This document shows, one piece after another, positions 1-8,736 of a DNA stretch of 43,166 nucleotides; position 1 is the first letter of the stretch; each line of letters begins with the position of its first letter. Below the pieces are notes generated by a model. The model was not told where the DNA came from. It worked only from the letters and a program-made list of their open reading frames with translations, and searched no databases. Where the stretch lies: the NCBI GenBank assembly GCA_903890265.1, contig CAITAM010000086.1, positions 1-43,166 on the forward strand, in the 5' to 3' direction. The DNA is from an uncultured Pseudomonadota bacterium (GTDB lineage Bacteria; Pseudomonadota; Gammaproteobacteria; Steroidobacterales; Steroidobacteraceae). Both the position numbers and the translations under genes were made by a program.

Positions 1-802
1 CGCAGACCTTGCGGTATTGGGCGTCGTTGCCGGTGGCCAGCATCACGTGGCCGTCCGCGACAGCAAATACCTGGTACGGGACGATGTTCGGGTGTGCCGT
101 GCCCATCCGCGGTGGCACGGTACCGGACACCAGGTAGTTCATGTTCTGGTTCGCGAGGACGCCGACCATGGAATCCAGCAGGGCGATGTCCACGTGCTGG
201 CCCTGCCCGGTTCGCTCCCTCTGCAGGAGCGCCGCCTGAATACCGATGACACCGTAGACACCGGAAAAGATGTCGGCGAAGGCGACGCCCATTTTCTGCG
301 GCGTGCCATCGGCTTCACCCGTCAGCGCCATGATTCCGCTCATGGCCTGAATCATCGCGTCGTAGCCTGCGCGCTCGGCGTAAGGGCCGGTCTGCCCGAA
401 GCCCGTCACCGAGCAGTAGACGAGGCGCGGGTTAATCTCCCGCAGGGACGCGTAGTCGAGGCCGAACTTCACGAGCCCACCGACCTTGAAGTTTTCAATG
501 AACACGTCCGCGCGGGCCGCCAGGTCGCGGACAAAGGCGCGGCCCTCGTCGCTCTTGAGATCGGCCGTCACCGATCGCTTGCCCCGATTGCAGCAGTGGT
601 AATAGGCCGCGTCGCTGCCGCCACCGGCCGCGTGCTCGACAAACGGCGGCCCCCAGCGACGGGTGTCGTCTCCCTCGGGCGCCTCCACCTTGATCACGTC
701 CGCACCGAGGTCCGCGAGGGTCTGGCCGATCCACGGTCCCGCAAGAATCCGCGCCAGCTCGACGACGCGCAGTCCGGCCAGGGGGCGTTGCGATTCGCTC
801 AT
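1..802 (-). CDS. Family III CoA-transferase (CaiB/BaiF type), truncated by the window edge
   Basis: My own reverse-strand translation from ATG 802-800 gives MSESQRPLAGLRVVELARILAGPWIGQTLADLGADVIKVEAPEGDDTRRWGPP...NRGKRSV...FIENFKVGG. It stays open to position 1, so it is absent from the ORF track. It starts 4 nt after the gcdH stop. Confidence 0.85.
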   Translation of the reverse strand, partial: MSESQRPLAGLRVVELARILAGPWIGQTLADLGADVIKVEAPEGDDTRRWGPPFVEHAAGGGSDAAYYHCCNRGKRSVTADLKSDEGRAFVRDLAARADVFIENFKVGGLVKFGLDYASLREINPRLVYCSVTGFGQTGPYAERAGYDAMIQAMSGIMALTGEADGTPQKMGVAFADIFSGVYGVIGIQAALLQRERTGQGQHVDIALLDSMVGVLANQNMNYLVSGTVPPRMGTAHPNIVPYQVFAVADGHVMLATGNDAQYRKVC

Positions 803-806
803 GAGG

Positions 807-2033
807 TCAGAAGAAGGCCTGCAGGCCGGTCTGGGCGCGGCCGAGGATCAGGGCGTGGACGTCGTGGGTCCCCTCGTAGGTATTCACCGTCTCGAGGTTC
901 TGCGAGTGGCGCATCACGTGATAGTCCGCCTGAATGCCGTTCCCGCCGTGCATGTCGCGCGCCATCCGGGCAATGTCCAGGGCCTTGCCGCAGTTGTTGC
1001 GCTTCACGAGCGAGATCATCTCGGGCGCGGCACGCCCGTCGTCCAGCAACCGACCGACTCTGAGCGAGCCCTGCAGGCCGAGTGCAATTTCGGTCTGCAT
1101 GTCCGCGAGCTTTTTCTGAAAGAGCTGCGTCTGCGCCAGAGGCCGCCCGAACTGCACGCGGTCGAGCCCGTACTGGCGCGCGCGATGCCAGCAATCCTCG
1201 GCCGCCCCGAGAACGCCCCAGGAGATGCCGTAGCGGGCGCGGTTGAGGCAGCCGAACGGTCCCTTGAGACCCGAGACGCCGGGAAGGAGCTGGGACTCGC
1301 CGACCACCACACCGTCCATGACGATCTCGCCGGTAATCGACGTGCGAAGCGACAGCTTGCCCGGGATCTTCGGTGCAGACAGCCCTTTCATGCCCTTCTC
1401 AAGCACGAAGCCGCGGATCGCGCCGTCATGCGCGTCGGACTTCGCCCAGACGACGAACACATCGGCTATCGGACTGTTCGAGATCCAGATCTTCGACCCC
1501 GTCAGCCGGTAGCCGTCCGCAACCTTCTCCGCCCGGGTCCGCATCGAGGCGGGGTCGGAGCCTGCATTGGGTTCGGTCAGACCAAAACAGCCGATCCATT
1601 CGCCACGGGCGAGCTTTGGCAGGTACTTCAGGCGCTGCTCCTCGTTGCCATAGGCGTAGATCGGGTACATCACGAGCGACGACTGAACGCTCATCATTGA
1701 GCGATAGCCCGAGTCCACCCGCTCGATTTCCCGCGCGACGAGCCCGTAGGCCACGTAGGACGCCCCGGCACAGCCGTAGGTTGCCGGCACGGTGATGCCG
1801 AGCAGTCCGAGCTCGCCGAGCTCGGCAAAGATCCCGGGATCGGTGCTTTCGTTCAGGTACGCCTCCGTGACCATGGGCAGCAGGCGCGACTGGGCGAAAC
1901 TGCGTGCCGCATCGCGGATCATGCGCTCCTCGTCATTCAGCTGGTCATCGAGGAAAAACGGGTCCGCCCAGTCAAAGGTGCCGAGCGAGGGACCGAATGA
2001 CGTGCCTTTTGCGGCGTGGGTTGCTGTTGCCAT
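807..2033 (-). CDS. gcdH: Glutaryl-CoA dehydrogenase (acyl-CoA dehydrogenase family)
   Basis: Track ORF 807..2096 reads [13 protein letters not shown]...[13 protein letters not shown]...[23 protein letters not shown], typical of GcdH. I take the start at internal [10 protein letters not shown] (2033). Confidence 0.9.
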   Translation of the reverse strand: MATATHAAKGTSFGPSLGTFDWADPFFLDDQLNDEERMIRDAARSFAQSRLLPMVTEAYLNESTDPGIFAELGELGLLGITVPATYGCAGASYVAYGLVAREIERVDSGYRSMMSVQSSLVMYPIYAYGNEEQRLKYLPKLARGEWIGCFGLTEPNAGSDPASMRTRAEKVADGYRLTGSKIWISNSPIADVFVVWAKSDAHDGAIRGFVLEKGMKGLSAPKIPGKLSLRTSITGEIVMDGVVVGESQLLPGVSGLKGPFGCLNRARYGISWGVLGAAEDCWHRARQYGLDRVQFGRPLAQTQLFQKKLADMQTEIALGLQGSLRVGRLLDDGRAAPEMISLVKRNNCGKALDIARMARDMHGGNGIQADYHVMRHSQNLETVNTYEGTHDVHALILGRAQTGLQAFF

Positions 2034-2320
2034 GGTGTTGACCGCTCCGTACTTGAGAACGCCTGGACCGCCCCGGAAACCGGGCGCCAACGTCAAAAAT
2101 GATCTCTATATTGGGCCATCCGCGGGTGCTTTGGCAGCATTGACGGCGCGCGCCGCGCGTGGTCCGGCGCGGCCGGCGGGCGATTCGACCGCGTACCGTC
2201 CAGGGCAGCGGATACCCGTCTCGCGCTAATTCGTGCCTAAACTGCTGCCGCGGGTTCAGGACAGGGCGCTCCCTGCCGACCAACCCGGGGATAAGCCGCG
2301 CAGCCGTTGGGACAGCCACC

Positions 2321-3730
2321 TTGGAAACCGCCGACTGGAAAGCAAAGTACCTCACGGCCATCCGCGAAATGGAGGCCAGTGAGCAGCGGTGGTCTGCGGT
2401 CGAAAAGGCCCTGAGGCGCCTCGTCAGCCGGCTTTGCGCGGCCGCGAGCGGCATCGACACGCGCCTTGACGGCCAGCTGGACGCGGCCTCCGCCGCCGTC
2501 CGGCGGGACCTCGACCCCGCCGAACTCAAGGCGATTGGCGACTCACTGGGCGACACCGTGCTCGCGATGGAGCGCGAGGGCCCCGCGGTCGCCGGGCCGA
2601 AGGCATCGCCCCAGCGGGAGGTCGCCCCGCCGGCGCCGGAAGCCCGTCCCCCCAGGTCCTCGCGTCCCGCCCCGGCCGGGCGCGCCGAGCTGGCTGCCAC
2701 GCTCACCGCCGTGCACGGCCTTTTGGAGCACCTCGCCGCACTGGACGCGGGATCGGGACTCCCCGCGGCACTGAATACCCAGCTGGCCGCCGCCAGTGAC
2801 GACGCTGCCCTCGCGCGAGTCCTCGACCAGGTGGCGGACCTGGTCCGCGACCGCAGCGACGCCGTGGCAAGCGACCGGCGCGAGGTCGCGGCGATGCTGG
2901 GTCAGGTCACCCAGCGCCTCGAGGAGATGACGGAGTTCCTGAGTGGCAGCACCGACGAAAGCAACGCCGCGCGCTCCGACGTGGACACCCTGAACAAGGA
3001 GGTCATGGCCGAAGTCGCCACCCTGTCCACCGAAGCCGCGAGTTCGAACGACCTCGCCCGGCTGCGCACGCTGGTGGCATCGCGCCTCGAGGCCGTGGCC
3101 AGTCGGGTCAGGGAATTCCGGGCGCATCAGGAATCGCGCTTCATCGCGCACGCAGCCCGCGTCGAGCGTATGCGTAGCCGTATCATCGAGCTTGAGAAGC
3201 AGACCGTCGAACTGCACCGCGGGCTCGCGGCCGAACGGCGGCACGCCCGTACCGACGTCCTCACGGGTGTCGCGAACCGTGCCTCGCTCGATGAACGGCT
3301 GGCGGAGGAGATTGAGCGTCGCCGGCGCTTCAAGACCGCCGTAGCGGTGCTCGTCTGGGACATTGATCTCTTCAAGAAGATCAACGACGAGTACGGCCAT
3401 CGCTCCGGCGACGCGGTACTCCGTGAGGTCGCCCGGGCACTCGCGGCGCGCAAGCGCGCGACCGATCACCTCGCGCGCTTCGGGGGTGAGGAATTTGTCA
3501 TGCTGCTGGTCGGCACGACCGTCAATGAGGCCCTGCGTGTAGCAGACGGTCTGCGCGAAGCCATCGCTGCCATGAAGTTCGGCTTCCGCGGCTCACCGGT
3601 CCGCGTGACGGTCTCGTGTGGCATCACCGAGCTTGCCGACGACGACGACCCGCAGACGGTCTTCGACCGCGCCGACGCCGCGCTGTACCGGGCGAAGAAC
3701 GAGGGGCGAAACCGCTGCATCGCGGCATAA
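2321..3730 (+). CDS. Diguanylate cyclase (GGDEF domain) with a long coiled-coil/Pro-rich N-terminal region
   Basis: The C-terminus of ORF 2159..3730 reads DVLTGVANRASL...DIDLFKKINDEYGHRSGD...RFGGEEF...DRADAALYRAKNEGRNR. An RATD I-site lies 5 residues before GGEEF. The start is uncertain: TTG 2321, ATG 2369 or the upstream 2159. Confidence 0.85.
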   Translation: METADWKAKYLTAIREMEASEQRWSAVEKALRRLVSRLCAAASGIDTRLDGQLDAASAAVRRDLDPAELKAIGDSLGDTVLAMEREGPAVAGPKASPQREVAPPAPEARPPRSSRPAPAGRAELAATLTAVHGLLEHLAALDAGSGLPAALNTQLAAASDDAALARVLDQVADLVRDRSDAVASDRREVAAMLGQVTQRLEEMTEFLSGSTDESNAARSDVDTLNKEVMAEVATLSTEAASSNDLARLRTLVASRLEAVASRVREFRAHQESRFIAHAARVERMRSRIIELEKQTVELHRGLAAERRHARTDVLTGVANRASLDERLAEEIERRRRFKTAVAVLVWDIDLFKKINDEYGHRSGDAVLREVARALAARKRATDHLARFGGEEFVMLLVGTTVNEALRVADGLREAIAAMKFGFRGSPVRVTVSCGITELADDDDPQTVFDRADAALYRAKNEGRNRCIAA

Positions 3731-3755
3731 CCCTGACCGGCGCGCGGGAGACGTT

Positions 3756-3826
3756 CTGACGTCGCGCCTGATGTCGCGCCTGATGTCGCGCCTGATGTCG
3801 CGCCTGATGTCGCGCCTGATGTCGCG
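3756..3826. repeat. 12-bp tandem repeat, unit GTCGCGCCTGAT: five perfect copies (3761-3820) plus partial flanking copies
   Basis: Read directly from the sequence: ctgac gtcgcgcctgat x5 gtcgcga. It is intergenic, between the GGDEF stop (3730) and the amidohydrolase ATG (3865). Confidence 0.95.
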
Positions 3827-3864
3827 AGTGTGGCACGCTAGCGCTTTGCCCGCCGGAGCGCCTC

Positions 3865-5661
3865 ATGCCGCAGAACAAGTGCCCGCGTACGGTCTGTCTG
3901 TTTGTCGCCTTCCTGCTGCAGGCCACGGGCGCACCGCAGGCTCTTGCCGAGCCGAAGGCCGCGGCCGATGTCATCTTCGTCAACGGCCACATCGTGACGG
4001 AGGATGCCAACGACCGTGTCGCCGAGGCGCTCGCGGTCAGATCGGGCAGGATCCTTGCCGTTGGCAGTAACGACGAGATCCGCGCACTCGCGGGCCACAG
4101 TACCCGCCAGATCGACCTGCGGGGCCACACCGTGACGCCCGGCCTGATCGACACCCACGTCCATCTTGCCAGCGGCGGACTGGATACGCTGATCACGGTC
4201 GATCTGAGCGACGCGAGCTCGATCGCCGAGGTTCGCGCGCGCATCAGGAGCCGCGCGGCCACCCTCAAACCGGGCGAGTGGCTGCGCGCAAGCGGCTGGG
4301 ACGAGGGCAAGCTCGCTGAGGGTCGCTACATCCTCGCCAGCGACATCGATGACCTCACGCCACTCAACCCCGCCTGGCTGGATCACACGAGCGGTCATTA
4401 CGGCGCGCTGAACTCGGTTGCGATGAAGCAGCTCGGTATCACCCGCGAGTATCAGACACCACCGGCAGGGACCGTGGACCGGGACGCCGGCGGCGTGCCG
4501 ACGGGCGTGGTCAAGGAGTCGGTGCGTGACTACGTGCTGGCGCGGTTGCCGGCACCGACCGCGGCCGAGCGTCGCGCCGGAATCAAGGCGGGTCTGGCGA
4601 TCATGCACAGGGAAGGCATGACGGCGATCAAGGACGCGGACCTGCAACCCGCCGAGTGGGACGCCTACGTCGCGCTCGCCCGCGCCGGGGAGCTCAGCGC
4701 GCACGTCTGCGCCCTGTTTCATACCGATCCGTCGCTCGCCGCGGCGATGGCGACCAAGGCGCGGGTGCTAGGCCTGCCACGCCCGCCGCAGGTGGCCGCA
4801 CCCAACCTCGTCTCGTGTGGCGTCAAGGTCTACATGGATGGCAGTGGCGGAGCACGCACCGCTTGGATGTACGACGACTGGAACGTGCGCCGTACCGAGG
4901 TCGATACCGGCAACAAGGGGTACCCGGCGCTTGATCCGGCGCTCTATCGCCAGATCGTCCACCTCTACCACGATGCGGGCATTCACATCGCGACCCATGC
5001 CGTGGGGGATCGCGCGATCGACTGGGTCGTCGACAGCTACGAAGAGGCGCTCGCCGCGCACCCGGCCAAGGGCCTGCGGCACGCGATCATCCATGCCAAC
5101 ACCCCGACGGACCATGCCATCGGCGTCATGGCCAAGCTGCAGCAAACCTATGACGCCGGCTATCCCGAAACTCAGGGCCCTTTTATCTGGTGGATTGGCG
5201 ACAACTACGCCGGCAATCTCGGCCCGGCACGCAGCCAGCGACTGAACCCCTACGCGACCTACGTTGCCCACGGCATTCGCTGGGGCGGCGGCTCGGATTA
5301 CTCGGTGACTCCGCTGCCGGCACGCTACGGACTCTGGTCGTCGGTCGAGCGACGCACGCTCAAGGGCACGTACGGCGAGCAACCCTTCGGCACCGCGGAA
5401 AGCGTGCCGGTCGCGGTGGCGCTGCGCTCGTACACGACCTGGGCCGCGCACCAGCTCTTCCTGGATGCCGAGGCGGGATCACTGGAGCCGGGGAAGAGTG
5501 CTGACCTCGCGGTCTGGGACCAGAACCTGCTCGAGGTCCCCGCCGCCGGTCTCAAGGACCTGAAGTGCCTGATGACCGTGTTCCGCGGCGGCATCGTTTT
5601 TGAATCGCCGGGCAGCGACGTCGTCGTCGGCCGGGCGGGCCGTACGGTCGCCGCCCGCTAG
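3865..5661 (+). CDS. Secreted metal-dependent amidohydrolase (Amidohydro_3/YtcJ-like)
   Basis: It has a signal-like N-terminus (CLFVAFLLQATGAPQALA), then VIFVNGHIVT...TPGLIDTHVHL, HAVGDRAID and GGGSDYSV motifs. GGAG lies 6 nt before the ATG. Confidence 0.85.
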   Translation: MPQNKCPRTVCLFVAFLLQATGAPQALAEPKAAADVIFVNGHIVTEDANDRVAEALAVRSGRILAVGSNDEIRALAGHSTRQIDLRGHTVTPGLIDTHVHLASGGLDTLITVDLSDASSIAEVRARIRSRAATLKPGEWLRASGWDEGKLAEGRYILASDIDDLTPLNPAWLDHTSGHYGALNSVAMKQLGITREYQTPPAGTVDRDAGGVPTGVVKESVRDYVLARLPAPTAAERRAGIKAGLAIMHREGMTAIKDADLQPAEWDAYVALARAGELSAHVCALFHTDPSLAAAMATKARVLGLPRPPQVAAPNLVSCGVKVYMDGSGGARTAWMYDDWNVRRTEVDTGNKGYPALDPALYRQIVHLYHDAGIHIATHAVGDRAIDWVVDSYEEALAAHPAKGLRHAIIHANTPTDHAIGVMAKLQQTYDAGYPETQGPFIWWIGDNYAGNLGPARSQRLNPYATYVAHGIRWGGGSDYSVTPLPARYGLWSSVERRTLKGTYGEQPFGTAESVPVAVALRSYTTWAAHQLFLDAEAGSLEPGKSADLAVWDQNLLEVPAAGLKDLKCLMTVFRGGIVFESPGSDVVVGRAGRTVAAR

Positions 5662-6041
5662 CCCGTCGTCTCGACCGCACTGCCCGCCGTGCGCGACGCC
5701 TCGCCTTCCTTCATCTCCCGCTGCAGGAAGTAGTTCAGCGCCGTTCGGATGACGGCAATCGAGGCCAGCTTGCCGATCTGATCCCACGAGGGCGCGACGG
5801 CGGTCGAGAGGATGTCGGCGCCGAGCTGCAACTCGAGCGCGAGCGCGAGGAACCGGGCGAGCTGCAGGCGCGACTCGCTGAACGCGTCGCCTTTGCCGCT
5901 GCGAAGCACGTTCCACCAGGTCTGGCAGGCGGCGGCGACGCCCACGCCGATCATCGCGGCGCCGGTCACCTCGACGGCCAGCTTGAGCCACAGCACCGCG
6001 AACCGGAGTAACTCCTCCGCACTGCCCAGACCTGGTTCCAT
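5658..6041 (-). CDS. DUF1622-like small membrane protein
   Basis: ORF 5658..6059 shows hydrophobic helices (LWLKLAVEVTGAAMIGVGVAAA; FLALALELQLGADIL). I recognise the family only from memory. The start is taken at the second Met. Confidence 0.6.
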   Translation of the reverse strand: MEPGLGSAEELLRFAVLWLKLAVEVTGAAMIGVGVAAACQTWWNVLRSGKGDAFSESRLQLARFLALALELQLGADILSTAVAPSWDQIGKLASIAVIRTALNYFLQREMKEGEASRTAGSAVETTG

Positions 6042-6059
6042 TGTCCCTGCACCCCTCAC

Positions 6060-6077
6060 GGGGCGCCGAGGCGCCCC
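6060..6077 (-). terminator. GC-rich hairpin GGGGCGC-cgag-GCGCCCC between the serine-hydrolase and DUF1622 genes; no U-tract
   Basis: The inverted repeat is read directly. It lies between the stop at 6138 and the start at 6041 on the minus strand. It could be a weak terminator, an attenuator or an RNA-stability element. Confidence 0.25.
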
Positions 6078-6137
6078 TTACCGTGACGATTCATTGTACC
6101 GGCGACCGCCGGCGGTAAGCGAAGGCAGCCAGCCCGT

Positions 6138-7661
6138 TCAGGGCGCCGACCGGTCCGCAGCCGACGGCGGCACCGCCTGCATCAACAGCCCGAGCGAGCG
6201 CGTCAGGTCCTTTTCCGCGGCCTTCTCGCCTTTGAAATGCCCGAGACGGACGACGACCAGATCGTGGGTCGGCACGACGAAGGTGTACTGCCCGCCAGCG
6301 CCCGCCATGTAGTACGCGCTCTTCGGCAGGGGGTATCCGCCGTCGCCATTGAGCCAGAAGAAGCCACCGTAGACCGGCTGCCCTTGCGCAAGCCAGGCGG
6401 GCGCGGCGCTGCTGACGAACGCCGTGTAACCCTTCGGCAAGAGCCGCCTGCCGTTGGCAACGCCGTCGTTGAGGAAGAGGTTACCGAGCCGCGCCCAGTC
6501 CCGGCCGCAGGCCAGGTCATAGCCCTGCGTCAGCAGGTCGCCGTCGGCATCGGTTTCAATCACCATCGACCGCACGCCGATGCGGTCGAACAGCGCACGC
6601 TGCGGGAACTGCAGGTAGTCGCCGTGGCGACGCTCGACGGCGCGGCGGATCAGGTAGTTGACGAGGACGGGGTCCGTGTTGCGGTAGCGCCCGACCCGGT
6701 TGACGGGATACTGCAGGCTCCGGCTGGCGGCATAGCGGAACGCGTTGTCGCCCGTGTAGAGGTACAGGTGCCCGGGGTAGGGCCCGTTCGGGTCGAAATC
6801 CGGGTCGTAGGGCGCGACGACACCGAGGCCGCTCGACATGCGCAGGAGATCCGCGATCCGGATGGCCTGCCGCGGATCACCGGGCTGCTGCCACTCCGGT
6901 ACCGGCGCCGGCTGCCACAGGTCGTAGGCACCCTCGGTGATCAGCACACCCATCAGCGCCGCCGTGACGCTCTTGCCCATCGACCAGCTCTCGAGCGGTG
7001 TCGTGGGCGTAATGCCGGGCGCGTAGCGCTCGGCGAGCAAACGCCCCTTCCAGGTGACCACGACGGCCGCGGTCTCGCTCTCGGGGTGCTCGAACGCGGC
7101 GTCGACCGCCGCGAGTAGCCTGGTGCGATCGATGGCACTTGGCCAGGGCGCCACTGGCAGACGGTCGCCGAGGGGCCAGGGCGTGGAGGACGCGGCTGGC
7201 AACCGTGGACGGAACTGCTCCGGCTTGAAGCGGGGTGACGTCTCGCCCACCGGAAACGTGAGGCAACCCTGGCTGCCGAGAAAGGCGGCCACGCGGCGCC
7301 GCCCGTCCGGCAGCGCCACGGACACCGTCCTTGCCTGCCGGTCGATCTCGGGCTGGCCGAGCATCGCCCGCGCGGCGTACGGCGCCGTAAAGTAGCCCAC
7401 GTGCTCCGCGGCGAACGCGGGGTCGAGACCGGTGATGAACACCGCCGAGCACATCACGCGCGCGTAAGCCCCGGCCTCGTGCAGCAGCCGATCGCCCGGG
7501 GGCGGCTCCGGCACGGCGAGCTCCAGGGCTTTCGCGCGCTCGAGACCGGCAATGACGACGGCATCCGCGGTCTCCCCCGCCGCAGGCCGGACAAACGCAC
7601 CCACGGACGCCGCGAGCAGCAGCAGCCCCAGCAGTCTCGCCCGGTCGATTCCCGTCGACAT
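6138..7661 (-). CDS. Beta-lactamase-fold serine hydrolase (class C/aminohexanoate-dimer-hydrolase-like), exported
   Basis: It has an SxxK motif in ESWSMGKSVTAALMG. The start is taken at MSTGIDRARLLGLLLLAASVGAF (signal-like), with AGGGGAA upstream. The extra 61 codons in the track ORF are unlikely to be coding. Confidence 0.8.
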   Translation of the reverse strand: MSTGIDRARLLGLLLLAASVGAFVRPAAGETADAVVIAGLERAKALELAVPEPPPGDRLLHEAGAYARVMCSAVFITGLDPAFAAEHVGYFTAPYAARAMLGQPEIDRQARTVSVALPDGRRRVAAFLGSQGCLTFPVGETSPRFKPEQFRPRLPAASSTPWPLGDRLPVAPWPSAIDRTRLLAAVDAAFEHPESETAAVVVTWKGRLLAERYAPGITPTTPLESWSMGKSVTAALMGVLITEGAYDLWQPAPVPEWQQPGDPRQAIRIADLLRMSSGLGVVAPYDPDFDPNGPYPGHLYLYTGDNAFRYAASRSLQYPVNRVGRYRNTDPVLVNYLIRRAVERRHGDYLQFPQRALFDRIGVRSMVIETDADGDLLTQGYDLACGRDWARLGNLFLNDGVANGRRLLPKGYTAFVSSAAPAWLAQGQPVYGGFFWLNGDGGYPLPKSAYYMAGAGGQYTFVVPTHDLVVVRLGHFKGEKAAEKDLTRSLGLLMQAVPPSAADRSAP

Positions 7662-7770
7662 GTCCCGTTCCCCTGTCCGTCGCGCCTGTGCCGAGACTAG
7701 GCAGTTCAGGGTGGCAGGTAAAGCGTGGCGCGGGGCCTTTGCGTGCCAGCGCGCGCGATATACTCCCGGC

Positions 7771-8382
7771 GTGACAGTGCACAGCTTCTTTCCGACCCGG
7801 GTGTACGCGGCCCCTCTGCTGCCCGAGGGCGGCAAGGCACTCAACGACCGCCTGGAGCGGGAGTGCCGGCAGCTCGCCCACGATGACGGGGCTGGCCGTC
7901 AGTGGTCGGCCGTGAACTACGCCGGTGGCTACACCTCGTACGGATCCGCCAACCGCATGCACACGGTCTCACCGACCTTTGCGGAACTCGAACGCCACCT
8001 CGCAGCGCACGTTCGGGACTTTTCCCGGGTGCTCGGTCTTGACCTGCGCGGCCGCCGCCTGCGGATGACGGACTGCTGGGTCAACATCATGCGGCACCGG
8101 GCGCACCACGGGCTCCACCTGCACCCGCTGTCGACGCTGAGCGGTACCTACTACGTGCGCGTACCCAGGGGCAGCCCGGGCCTTAAAATCGAGGACCCGC
8201 GACTCGACCGGATGATGGCGACACCGCCACGCAGAGCCGATGCCGAGGTGTCGCCATGGATCACGTTGCCGGCAACGGCCGGCGAGATCCTGCTGTTCGA
8301 AAGCTGGCTGCGGCACGAGGTCGTGTCCAATCCGTCACGCACCGCCCGGATCAGCATCAGCTTCAACTACAGCTGGTTCTGA
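7771..8382 (+). CDS. 2OG-Fe(II) oxygenase-like protein (TIGR02466-type)
   Basis: The translation reads VHSFFPTRVY...HGLHLHPLSTLSGTYYV...LLFESWLRHEV...ISFNY. I propose a GTG start at 7771. The upstream part of the track ORF overlaps the divergent gene. Confidence 0.7.
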   Translation: MTVHSFFPTRVYAAPLLPEGGKALNDRLERECRQLAHDDGAGRQWSAVNYAGGYTSYGSANRMHTVSPTFAELERHLAAHVRDFSRVLGLDLRGRRLRMTDCWVNIMRHRAHHGLHLHPLSTLSGTYYVRVPRGSPGLKIEDPRLDRMMATPPRRADAEVSPWITLPATAGEILLFESWLRHEVVSNPSRTARISISFNYSWF

Positions 8383-8407
8383 ACCGGGCGGCGCGCAGCG
8401 GCCACGG

Positions 8408-8626
8408 TCAGCGCTGCATCACCTGCTTGACTTCCGTCTGCTTGATTGCCGCAGCGCGTCCGTCAAGATCCTGGTACTCGTACATACCGGTCTTGCTATT
8501 GAGCTTCGGCTGGCCCTTCGCCTGGATCAGCGTGCCATCGTTGGTGCTGATGATGTAGCGCGGCGTTGAACAACCCGCCAGGACGGCAACGGTTACGAGG
8601 GCAGCAAACAAAATCGACTTTTTCAT
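8408..8626 (-). CDS. YgdI/YgdR-family small lipoprotein
   Basis: MKKSILFAALVTVAVLAGC is a lipobox, followed by STPRYIISTNDGTLIQAKGQPK...GMYEYQDLDG. GGGAG lies upstream of this Met. Confidence 0.8.
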   Translation of the reverse strand: MKKSILFAALVTVAVLAGCSTPRYIISTNDGTLIQAKGQPKLNSKTGMYEYQDLDGRAAAIKQTEVKQVMQR

Positions 8627-8736
8627 TAACGGACTCCCTGACTGCGTAATGGCTCTCGCCTGCGAAATGTCCCGGATCACCCGGGACCGATGAGCGTGGC
8701 CGGCGAACCGACCCTGCCGAACACGACGGTTTCCTG

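Noticed and set aside
17-1063. There are many long ORFs antisense to or overlapping the genes called above: 17..1063(+), 663..1700(+), 6877..7962(-), 9496..11169(+), 11239..12240(+), 15146..15940(-), 22479..23114(+), 26348..27499(+), the first 410 codons of 26922..29096(+), and 30925..32232(+).
   Set aside because: Their translations are Arg/Pro/Gly/Ala-rich low-complexity strings with no recognisable motifs, and each lies opposite a gene with clear family signatures. This is the typical stop-codon-poor shadow-frame effect in GC-rich DNA.
3756-3826. I considered whether this repeat array is a CRISPR array.
   Set aside because: The units are only 12 bp and directly abutting with no spacers. 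No cas genes are present in the window.
3831-3849. An exact TGGCAC hexamer lies right after the minisatellite, followed by GC dinucleotides (tggcacgctagcgctttgc). It looked like a sigma-54 promoter for the amidohydrolase gene.
   Set aside because: The GG-to-GC distance is 11 or 16 nt instead of the strict 12, so neither register fits the -24/-12 geometry.
3618-4070. This ORF encodes an (SRLM)n repeat peptide across the 12-bp minisatellite; its minus-strand counterpart encodes (HQAR)n.
   Set aside because: It overlaps the end of the GGDEF gene and the start of the amidohydrolase gene out of frame, and it has no RBS or domain signal. The repeat is better explained as non-coding.
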